Source: Polyangiales bacterium (GTDB lineage Bacteria; Myxococcota_A; Polyangia; Polyangiales; Houyiibacteriaceae). Taken from it: 17,066 bases of DNA. The notes beneath the pieces were generated by a model that was not told the origin of the DNA, made no database searches, and saw only the letters and a list, made by a program, of their open reading frames with translations. Below are positions 1 through 7,772 of this stretch, one piece after another. The translations under genes were made by a program, and so were the position numbers. The first letter of the stretch is position 1; each line of letters opens with the position of its first letter. The DNA lies in the NCBI GenBank assembly GCA_045106895.1, contig JBGCFM010000166.1, positions 1 to 17,066 of the forward strand, in the 5' to 3' direction.

Positions 1-509
1 CCTACACCCGCGTTGACCGCATGGGCATGCCTGCTGTTTCGACGGCATTGGCCATGACCGAAGCGGACAAGGCTGCATACAACGACGCGAGCCCTACGGA
101 CGACGCGGCGCTCACGTTTGCCGGTGTTCTCATCGGTAGCCTCAACGTCATTCACGACGCACTTGACGACGACATCGAAGACGTCGCCGGCATCTCGCCT
201 TGCTCCATGGATCCTTCGGATCCTGCGGACGCAACGTCCCTCCCCGGCTGCATCGCGCAGACCGTCGGCGAAGGCGGCCCAGCGGTTGTGACCCTCGTTG
301 TTCCTGACACGCTCACCCTCGACACCGAGGCCGAGGGCACGTTCCCGAACGGACGTGCGCTTGCAGACCCCGTCATCGACGTGACCCTCGCCGTCATCCT
401 CCTCGACCTCACGGTCAACGGAGCTGGCGACCTCGTCGGCGTTCTCAACCCCGATTCGAACGACGTCGATTTCCGTACGGAGTTCCCATACCTCGCGCCT
501 GCTCAGTAA
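1..509 (+). CDS. DUF4331-family protein, C-terminal part (5' end outside window)
   Basis: Frame is open from the window start (YTRVDRMGMPAVSTAL); motifs DRMGxPAV, FPNGRxLxDxVIDxTL and terminal FPYLAP match the DUF4331 C-terminus as I recall it; stop TAA at 507-509. Confidence 0.8.
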   Translation, partial: YTRVDRMGMPAVSTALAMTEADKAAYNDASPTDDAALTFAGVLIGSLNVIHDALDDDIEDVAGISPCSMDPSDPADATSLPGCIAQTVGEGGPAVVTLVVPDTLTLDTEAEGTFPNGRALADPVIDVTLAVILLDLTVNGAGDLVGVLNPDSNDVDFRTEFPYLAPAQ

Positions 510-530
510 CGAGCTGCTAGAGACGTAAAT

Positions 531-561
531 GAGCGCGGGCCTTCGGGTCCGCGCTTTTTTT
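531..561 (+). terminator. Intrinsic terminator
   Basis: Stem AGCGCGGGCC (532-541) / GGTCCGCGCT (546-555) with one G-U pair and a C(UUCG)G tetraloop, followed by a T run to 561. Confidence 0.92.
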
Positions 562-595
562 ATGTGATTTTTGTTCGCTGGAGTGAGTTCTCCCA

Positions 596-625
596 TGAAC
601 CGACCCGCTCCGCGGCACGTACGCT
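596..625 (+). promoter_or_regulatory. Putative promoter of the TPR gene (ECF-like TGAACC-N16-CGTA overlapping a TACGCT -10)
   Basis: TGAACC at 596-601, 16-nt spacer, CGTA at 618-621; TACGCT at 620-625 lies 6 nt before ATG 632; no Shine-Dalgarno. Confidence 0.5.
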
Positions 626-631
626 CCCGTG

Positions 632-2026
632 ATGAAAGCAGGAGCAATCGCAATCGGTGCCGTCGCAGCGGCCGCTATCACTTGGGGCATCTTCAGCTTC
701 GCTGGACAACACGGTACGGACGCTGAACCGGAAACCGAGCCCGAGTCGCCTGTGGCCACCGAAGAGACCCCTGCGGAAGAGAACACGACGGGCGAGACCG
801 TCGCCGAGCCTGAGCCGATTCAGTCGGAGGACGCGGCAGCGACGATTCAGCATGTGGAGGAACAAGCGGCGTTCTTTCGCCATCGCTTCGAAGAACACGG
901 CAACTACATCGACATGGCGCGAGTTGCTGGGCATGAGCGAACGCTCGCCCGCTTGACCGGTCAGTTTGAGCACTACGGTGCCGCCGACGATGCGATTCGA
1001 CAGGCCTTTGAAGCCGCCGGTGAAGACGCCGCCGGCCCCATTGAGACCGCCGCTCAGCTCGACTTCACCCTCCATCGCTTTCCTCAGGTCGACGCACACA
1101 TCGCGCGCCACGCCGAAGGCGTCCCGATGCCAGCGCGCGTCGACTTCCAAGAGAGTATGCGCGCGAACCTTGCCTTCGCACGAGGCGACTACTCCGCCGC
1201 CACCACAGCTTTCGAAGCAAGGCTTGAAGAGACCCGTAGCTCGGCCAACCTGATTCTCGTCGCGGCGCTTCGCGCTCAGACAGGGCACCCCGACGAAGCA
1301 GATCGGCTCTTCGTCGAAGCGATGGAGAACGTGCACACGGACCGCGCCTTTCAGCGCGCGACGCTCGAGCTTCAGCGAGGCCTCCTGGACCTCGAACACG
1401 AACGCTACGCCCAAGCCAAGGAACACTACGAGCGCGCGAACCAACACTTCGAGGGCTGGTACCTCATCGAAGAGCACTTGGCGGAGATCCTCTGCCTTTT
1501 GGACCGATGCGATGAGGCCGAAGAGATCTACATCGACGTCATCTCCCGAACGCAGTCGCCGGAACTGATGGCCTCCTACGGCGGAATCCTCGAAGGCATG
1601 GGGCGCGAAGAAGAAGCGGAAGAGTGGCGCGCGCGCGCAGATGCTCGCTACGCCGTTCTTCTGGAGCGCTTCCCAGAAGCCCTCGGTGGTCACGGACTTG
1701 AGTACTTCCTTGAGCGAGGTCCTGCGGAGCGCGCCCTCGAGCTCGCCCAGGCCAACGCGGAGCTCCGCCAGGACGGTGAGGCATTGACGCTGCTCGCGCA
1801 GGCGCTTCTCCAAAGTGAGCTCGCCGAAGAAGCGCTCGCGCCAATCGGCACGCTACTCGAAGGACCCTACCGCACCCCTGGTTTTTACGAAGTCGCGGCG
1901 GAAGTCTTCGAAGCGAACGGTCGCCCGGAAGACGCGGCAGAACAACTCACGGCGCGAAGCGCGTTGATGACGATGTTCGCCGGAGCAACGGATGCGCCGA
2001 CGCGCGAAGCCGCTACGGAGGAGTAG
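632..2026 (+). CDS. Tetratricopeptide-repeat protein with N-terminal signal/anchor
   Basis: Hydrophobic N-terminus, acidic Pro/Glu linker, then Ala/Leu/Glu-rich helical repeats (e.g. RGLLDLEHERYAQAKEHYERA). Alternative start GTG 629. Confidence 0.82.
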   Translation: MKAGAIAIGAVAAAAITWGIFSFAGQHGTDAEPETEPESPVATEETPAEENTTGETVAEPEPIQSEDAAATIQHVEEQAAFFRHRFEEHGNYIDMARVAGHERTLARLTGQFEHYGAADDAIRQAFEAAGEDAAGPIETAAQLDFTLHRFPQVDAHIARHAEGVPMPARVDFQESMRANLAFARGDYSAATTAFEARLEETRSSANLILVAALRAQTGHPDEADRLFVEAMENVHTDRAFQRATLELQRGLLDLEHERYAQAKEHYERANQHFEGWYLIEEHLAEILCLLDRCDEAEEIYIDVISRTQSPELMASYGGILEGMGREEEAEEWRARADARYAVLLERFPEALGGHGLEYFLERGPAERALELAQANAELRQDGEALTLLAQALLQSELAEEALAPIGTLLEGPYRTPGFYEVAAEVFEANGRPEDAAEQLTARSALMTMFAGATDAPTREAATEE

Positions 2027-2038
2027 CCAGCGCTTTCG

Positions 2039-2935
2039 TTACTCGTCCTCGAGGGCCTTCTTGTAGCGGCCAAGCTGAGCGATCTCGTCATCGTGGAGGT
2101 CAGGAAACTGTAGGTCCAGCTTCTCGAGGGTCTTTCGGACGATGCCCGCGACGGTCGTTCGCATGAACGGTTTGTCGTCGGCTGGGATCACGTACCAAGG
2201 CGCATGAGGCAATGAAGTCTCATTGAGCGCCTGCTCGTACGCCTTCATGTACTTGTCCCAGTCTTCGCGGACCTTGAGATCTCCGGCTTCGAACTTCCAG
2301 TTCTTCTCCGGGTCATCGATGCGCGCGAGGAAGCGCTCCTTCTGCTCATCACGGGACACGTTCAAGAAGAACTTGATGATCACGGTGCCGTTCCGCGCCA
2401 GGTGATGCTCGAAGTCGCGAATGGACTCGTAGCGATCCTTGAACACCGACTTCGGCGTGGATGGGAGCCGCTGGGAATCGAGGATCTCTGGGTTGACCTT
2501 TACGACGAGCACCTCTTCGTAGTGCGAGCGATTGAACACGCCGATGCGGCCGCGCTCCGGCGTCTTGCGGTGCACGCGCCAGAGGAAGTCGTGGTCGATC
2601 TCTTCACTCGAAGGGCGCTTGAACGATACGACCTGGCAACCCGCAGGGTTGATGCCGCTCATCACAGCGCGAATGGTTCCGTCTTTGCCCGCGGCGTCCA
2701 TCGCCTGGAACACAAGCAAGACCGAGTAGCGATCATCCGCGTATAGGCGCTCTTGGAGGTCCCGAAGGGAGGTCACCTCTTTGGCGAGGGACTCCTTGTT
2801 CTTCTTCTTGCCGCTCTTGCCACTCGGGGCCTTCTTGGGTGGCTTGTGAGCGGCGTCTTTGAGGCGCCACTTGCCGTTAAAGGGGACGAGGTAGGGGCTT
2901 TTGACGGCCGATGCGAGGGAGGACTTTTTCGCCAT
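2039..2935 (-). CDS. ppk2: Polyphosphate kinase 2 family protein, single domain, probably class III
   Basis: Walker A-like AMDAAGKDG; FKRPSxEExDHDFLWR; GRIGVFNRSHYEEVL; KNWKF; APWYVIPADDK. Confidence 0.93.
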   Translation of the reverse strand: MAKKSSLASAVKSPYLVPFNGKWRLKDAAHKPPKKAPSGKSGKKKNKESLAKEVTSLRDLQERLYADDRYSVLLVFQAMDAAGKDGTIRAVMSGINPAGCQVVSFKRPSSEEIDHDFLWRVHRKTPERGRIGVFNRSHYEEVLVVKVNPEILDSQRLPSTPKSVFKDRYESIRDFEHHLARNGTVIIKFFLNVSRDEQKERFLARIDDPEKNWKFEAGDLKVREDWDKYMKAYEQALNETSLPHAPWYVIPADDKPFMRTTVAGIVRKTLEKLDLQFPDLHDDEIAQLGRYKKALEDE

Positions 2936-2978
2936 GGCGGAGAGCCTATCACGGCAACGGAGCCCCTAGAGCGACCTG

Positions 2979-4190
2979 CTAACCCGTGAGGATGAGCTTG
3001 GTGATCTCTGGTTGCGAACCCAAACGCGCCGGCGGTCCGGCGGTGCCGAAGCCGCGGTTCACGTAGAGCTGGCCGCCGTCTTTCTCGTAGTGACCGCGCA
3101 CGTAACCATGTGGCATCACAAGGGACGCGGGGTTGTAGCCAAGGGCGACTTGCCCACCGTGGGTGTGCCCGCTCAGCTGAAGCTGAACGTTCCCTGCGTT
3201 CTCGTAGAAGAACTCCGGCTGGTGACAAAGGAGTATGCGCGCAAGATCCGGAGGCACCTCCGCGAGGGCTGCGTCCAGGTTGGGGCCCGCGTCCCCGGAC
3301 GCCCACAGATCGTCCACACCAAGAAGCGCAAAAGACGCGCCCGGCTCACCGATGACGAGCCCGTTGTTGCGGAGCGTCTTCGCCCCCGAGCGACGGAGCG
3401 CCCGCAGCACGGGGTCGATGCCGGCGTAGTAGTCGTGGTTGCCTGGGATCGCCGCCACGCCGTGGCGCGCGAGTGGCCCAAGCTCCGTAGTCCACTCTCC
3501 AAGTCGCTGGGCGAAGTGAGCATCGTGGTCGAGGAGATCACCGGTGAGAACGATGAGGTCAGGTCGCGCAGCGCCCGCCAGCTCGGCGCCGCGGTTGAGC
3601 TCAAAGTCACCGACGAAGGCGCCGATGTGAATGTCCGAGAGCTGGACGATGCTGAACCCCTCGAGTGCACGCGGCCACCCCGGAACACGAAGCACGACCT
3701 CGCTCACGTCGTAGTCGTGCCGACCGAGGAGAGACGCGTACGTGCCAAAGCTCGGTCCAGCCACGAGGGCAGCGCCGCTCACCAAGACCTCCCGACGACC
3801 GATGAGCGCTGCGTCCGAGACTGGCTCCGGCGCTTCTTCCTGCACTTGGGCTTCCGCCGCTTTGTCTGGAGCACTCGGAGGCGGCCGGAAACGACGGATC
3901 ACGCGATGGACCAGACGAGCGCCGTCGACGTGCATGAGAAAGAACGCCGCGAAGATGGCGCCGAGTGTCAGCGAACTCCCCAACAACGCTAGGTTCCGAA
4001 CGACGGTATCCGAGGCCTCGACGAGGCGGAGTTTCCCAGCCAGAAGGGTCACCGGACCGGCGAAGAGCAAGAGGCCCACACCGATGGACGAAGCCTGGCG
4101 AAGATTAAACACCCGCCGCGCGCGCCGATGAACGTAGAATCCAAGGGCTCCCAAGAGGGCCAAGACGCTGCTGAAGATGAAGAGTCGCAT
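2979..4190 (-). CDS. Membrane-bound calcineurin-like metallophosphoesterase (YkuE/YaeI type)
   Basis: All five motifs present: SDIH, TGD, GNHD, LCH, SGHTHGGQ; three N-terminal hydrophobic segments. Confidence 0.92.
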   Translation of the reverse strand: MRLFIFSSVLALLGALGFYVHRRARRVFNLRQASSIGVGLLLFAGPVTLLAGKLRLVEASDTVVRNLALLGSSLTLGAIFAAFFLMHVDGARLVHRVIRRFRPPPSAPDKAAEAQVQEEAPEPVSDAALIGRREVLVSGAALVAGPSFGTYASLLGRHDYDVSEVVLRVPGWPRALEGFSIVQLSDIHIGAFVGDFELNRGAELAGAARPDLIVLTGDLLDHDAHFAQRLGEWTTELGPLARHGVAAIPGNHDYYAGIDPVLRALRRSGAKTLRNNGLVIGEPGASFALLGVDDLWASGDAGPNLDAALAEVPPDLARILLCHQPEFFYENAGNVQLQLSGHTHGGQVALGYNPASLVMPHGYVRGHYEKDGGQLYVNRGFGTAGPPARLGSQPEITKLILTG

Positions 4191-4294
4191 GAGTCGGTTG
4201 AATGCACCGTCCGGCCGCTACATTCCCTATGGGGCGTCGGGCAGCCTTTGTTGATTAGGAATAGTTGTGGAGCCGTGATGTTTGGGTGCAAGGG

Positions 4295-4885
4295 ATGACA
4301 CGCCGTGAGTCGCTTCGATTGACGGGATGGGGCGTCCTCATCCTGCTCCTCGCCGGCGGCGTGGGCGCGCTCTGGGAAGAGGTCGGTTACGAGCCTTTTG
4401 TCGTCGACGGTCCATCGATGCAGCCCACCCTGGCTCCGGGCGACCGCTTCTTCCTCGAGCGCGGGGCGTATGGCATCGGTTCGTTTCAATGGGCGGCCCC
4501 GGCGCCTGGTGACATCGTCGTCGCCCAAAGCCCCGTCGACGAGTCCATCGTCGTCAAACGCGTCGCTGCCATCGGCGGAGACACCATTGCCTGTGTGGAA
4601 GGTTCACTTCGCATCAACGGACAAGAGGTCTCCATCAGCCACGATGAGCCGTGTCGCTTTGACGATCACACCCGCGACTGCCGGATCCGGACCGAGCGCT
4701 TCCTACGAGGGACAGATCACTTGGTCGCGTGGGATGAGCTGAGTGACTTTGGTCCCGTCGTGGTGCCCCTCGGGTCAGTTTTTCTTTTGGGTGACCAGCG
4801 GGACCGCAGCAACGACAGCCGCAACCCTTTGATGGGCTCCGTGGCTCAAACGCGCATCCTTGGCCGCGTTGGGTGGACCTATTGA
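4295..4885 (+). CDS. lepB: Signal peptidase I (S26)
   Basis: TM segment; catalytic Ser box GPSMQPTL; Lys box VVKRV; box E GDQRDRSNDSR. ATG 4295 preferred over TTG 4265. Confidence 0.88.
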   Translation: MTRRESLRLTGWGVLILLLAGGVGALWEEVGYEPFVVDGPSMQPTLAPGDRFFLERGAYGIGSFQWAAPAPGDIVVAQSPVDESIVVKRVAAIGGDTIACVEGSLRINGQEVSISHDEPCRFDDHTRDCRIRTERFLRGTDHLVAWDELSDFGPVVVPLGSVFLLGDQRDRSNDSRNPLMGSVAQTRILGRVGWTY

Positions 4886-5361
4886 GTGGTGCCGTGATCG
4901 ACTTGCAAGAAGCATCGCGCGACGCTCGCGCCGCTGCGCTCTTCATCGACCTGGTCTTGCGGACCTTCTCGTTCTTCGCGTTCGCCGCCGTCGGCATTGG
5001 CATAGGTAGCGTCAAGCTCATCTCCCTAGCCCCGCTCTCGCTCGGGATCAGCATCGCGTTCTTTGCGCTCTTCGATGTCGCTCTTCTTACTTGGCGTGGC
5101 CAGACCTGCGGCAAGTACATCGCGCGTATCTACGTCGCTCGGCCGGACGGAGCGCGCGCTTCATTTGGACGGGTCGTCGTGATGCGCTCGTTCCTCCCGA
5201 GCATCCTAACGCTGCTTCCCTACTTCGGTTTTCTCTGGCTCTTTCTGGACCATCTGTGGGCCCTCGGACCAGAGCGCCGCGCGGTCCATGACCGGCTGGC
5301 GGACACCGCGGTGTTCGTCAGGCAGGCGCCACCGCGTCTGCGATCGCCCGCACCTGCTTGA
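4873..5361 (+). CDS. RDD family membrane protein
   Basis: ASxxxRxxAxFID, GQTxGK, R in the last helix and RxxHDRLADTxV; start uncertain (GTG 4873 or 4894). Confidence 0.85.
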   Translation: MDLLSGAVIDLQEASRDARAAALFIDLVLRTFSFFAFAAVGIGIGSVKLISLAPLSLGISIAFFALFDVALLTWRGQTCGKYIARIYVARPDGARASFGRVVVMRSFLPSILTLLPYFGFLWLFLDHLWALGPERRAVHDRLADTAVFVRQAPPRLRSPAPA

Positions 5362-7069
5362 GGTTGAAAGGCTTCTCGAGGACAAGCGAACTTGTCTCGT
5401 CCATGAACGCTCGAGCGCCGGGTGTGAAGGCTCCACCGGTCATGAATACGAAGCGAGTCTTGAGCGCAGCGTTTTGATCCACCGCCTGACGGTAGACGTC
5501 CATCCCTGAGAGACCCGGCATCATCAGATCACAGAAGATCAGGTCAAACTGATGCTCCGCCAGCGCGCGAAGGGCATCCTCTCCGTCGGTCATCACCGTT
5601 ACCTGATGCCGCGACAGCGCTCGCTTCATGGCGCGACCGATGAGCTTCTCGTCGTCGATGACAAGAATGTCGGCACGGCGAGAGCCCACCGGAGGCATCG
5701 AGGAGATCCTCTTCGCCCGATGCTGCTGGTCCGTCGGCGGAAGGTAGACTGTGAATTTCGCGCCAGATCCAGGCGCGGATTCAACGTGAAGCTCGCCGTG
5801 CGCTTGAGTGACCAAGTTGCGGCAAATGGACAGCCCCAGCCCAGTGCCTTGCATCGCGGCCTTCGTCGTGAAGAACGGCTCAAAGATACGGTGCATGTCC
5901 TCCGCAGGGATACCAGGCCCGTTGTCTTCGATGACGATGCACGCCCAGCCGCGCTCGTCGGTGCTCGCGGACACTTGGACGAGGCCGTCTTCTTGGTTCT
6001 CGATGGCTTGGGCTGCGTTGATCAAGAGGTTTACGAACACCTGGACCAGACGTGAAGCGTTGATCTCAACCGTCGGGCTCGTGTCGAGCTGAAGCTCAAG
6101 GGTGCCTCTGTGACGCAGCTCGTTTTCGCACATCTGTAGGGCGGAACGTAGCGCGGACGCGACGTCGACGACCTCTGTGCCCGTCGTGGGCTGACGAGCA
6201 AAGGTCTTTAGATCGCGGACAATATCCGCCATGCGGTGGCCGCCTTGGATCGCGGTGTCGATCTCTTCCGCGAGCTCTGAGCCGTCGTCGTGAGGGAGCT
6301 TCTCCCGGACCATCTGCAGACTGGCCAAGACGTACGCGAGAGGGTTGTTGAGCTCATGTGCGACGCCAGCAGCCAGGGTGCCCACGGAAGCCATTCGGTC
6401 GGCCAAGACCATCTGGTCGTCGAACTCACGCTCGACCGGTATGGGGCGTATGAAGCGCAGGACCGACGGCTGCCCATAGAAGGTCAGTGGTACGGCCCAG
6501 CTCCTCACTTCGAGTGTTGACCCATCGGAGCGCAGCAGACGAAGCTCGACAGCTTCCGTCGGCTTCCCCGTGCGGATGCACTCATCGTTCTCATCGTGAA
6601 CACGTCCCGTGTCGTCAGGGTGACAAAGGGACCCGCAGGATCGACCGACCAGGTCTTGCCCAACATCGAGGAGCATCTCTCGAAACGCGCCGTTGGCGAA
6701 CGCGATCTTATGACCGGTGGTGACGGTGGCGCCGTCCGGAGCACCTGCGAAGAGGCCGGTGAGTTTGTCTTCGAAGGTAGTCGAGGGCTGAACGCGTGCG
6801 AGCGCGATGCGAAGCCGAACCTCGAGTGTCTGGTCAATGGGGACAATATCGGCAACGCCTGCTTCAAGGAGTTCCGGAGCGTCCATGTACTCGCCGAAGA
6901 AGAAGACCGAGGCGTCGGGGCGTGAGCGCGCAAGGCTCATCGCCGTGGCAGGGTCGTCCAAACACGCGACGTCGAGACGGTGCGAGCGCTCTGTGCTGAC
7001 ATCGTGTGCCTGGAGGGCGATGCGAAGGCGATCCGCGAGTGCGTGAGACGTATCGATTAGAATCCGCAT
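5318..7069 (-). CDS. Cytoplasmic hybrid sensor kinase: degenerate REC, PAS, HisKA, HATPase, REC
   Basis: H-box VAHELNNPL; N-box NLLINA; G boxes DNGPG, FEPFFTTK, GTGLGL; C-terminal receiver (ILVIDDE, CDLMMP, KPF); PAS motif HPDD. ATG 7069 avoids overlap with the upstream gene. Confidence 0.92.
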   Translation of the reverse strand: MRILIDTSHALADRLRIALQAHDVSTERSHRLDVACLDDPATAMSLARSRPDASVFFFGEYMDAPELLEAGVADIVPIDQTLEVRLRIALARVQPSTTFEDKLTGLFAGAPDGATVTTGHKIAFANGAFREMLLDVGQDLVGRSCGSLCHPDDTGRVHDENDECIRTGKPTEAVELRLLRSDGSTLEVRSWAVPLTFYGQPSVLRFIRPIPVEREFDDQMVLADRMASVGTLAAGVAHELNNPLAYVLASLQMVREKLPHDDGSELAEEIDTAIQGGHRMADIVRDLKTFARQPTTGTEVVDVASALRSALQMCENELRHRGTLELQLDTSPTVEINASRLVQVFVNLLINAAQAIENQEDGLVQVSASTDERGWACIVIEDNGPGIPAEDMHRIFEPFFTTKAAMQGTGLGLSICRNLVTQAHGELHVESAPGSGAKFTVYLPPTDQQHRAKRISSMPPVGSRRADILVIDDEKLIGRAMKRALSRHQVTVMTDGEDALRALAEHQFDLIFCDLMMPGLSGMDVYRQAVDQNAALKTRFVFMTGGAFTPGARAFMDETSSLVLEKPFNLKQVRAIADAVAPA

Positions 7070-7088
7070 CGTGCCAAAGTGTACGCGT

Positions 7089-7772
7089 TTAGCGACGAGG
7101 AGCACGTAGTTCACGCACGCGGCGGAATACGCAGGATAGAACAGGTTCTGTGCCCGTCTCGCAGGAGCTTGATGCAAAAAGGACCTCGACGGTCTGTGTC
7201 AGGCGACCCTCACTCAGGGTAAACGCCTCCTGTCGTTCGACCGTGTGGCAGGTGTCCTCCTGCTCCCAGGAGCGGCTCTGAGACGCTGCCCAGTCTCCTT
7301 CAGGGGTCTCCTCCAAGATCACTGGAGGCGACGCCCATTCGGCCCAGTTCACGTCATCAAGGGGACCTCGGACCAGAGCGGGCATCAAGAGCTCTGGGTC
7401 TCGCTGACTGACCGTCTGGCAGATGGCGGGACTGCCGCAATCCACAAGCACAGGACCTAAAGGAAACCCTTGGTGGACACCTATGAACGGCGAAGCGCTC
7501 TCCTGAGACGAAGGGCTCTCACAACCGATCGCTTCGCTCACCACCTCGTAGTGGGACGCCAAGCGCTGCCCTTGGATACGGTGCTCGTCCACACTCTCGC
7601 CTCGGCGCGAGATCATCCACAAGACGACGCCCGAGGCGAGCAGCGCCGCGGCTCCAAAGAGTCGCAGGCGAAGTCGATTCCAACGCTTTCGCTCCAGCCC
7701 GAAGGGCGGCTTCGGCTCGCGTAGCTTCGGCTGGTTGTCGTCGCTCGAAAGCCGTGGCCTCTTTTGGCTCAC
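7089..7772 (-). CDS. Hypothetical single-pass membrane protein with Cys-rich extracytoplasmic domain
   Basis: Basic N-terminus, one TM (LFGAAALLASGVVLWMI), six Cys; GTG start overlaps the tolB stop (GTGA). Confidence 0.62.
   Translation of the reverse strand: MSQKRPRLSSDDNQPKLREPKPPFGLERKRWNRLRLRLFGAAALLASGVVLWMISRRGESVDEHRIQGQRLASHYEVVSEAIGCESPSSQESASPFIGVHQGFPLGPVLVDCGSPAICQTVSQRDPELLMPALVRGPLDDVNWAEWASPPVILEETPEGDWAASQSRSWEQEDTCHTVERQEAFTLSEGRLTQTVEVLFASSSCETGTEPVLSCVFRRVRELRAPRR

Noticed and set aside
560..1813. 417-aa minus-strand ORF
   Set aside because: Antisense shadow of the TPR gene; no domain signal.
3012..3992. 326-aa plus-strand ORF
   Set aside because: Antisense shadow of the metallophosphoesterase gene.
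7070..7177. N-terminal extension of the kinase from TTG 7177
   Set aside because: Overlaps the upstream gene; ATG 7069 has a -10-like TACACT 8 nt upstream.
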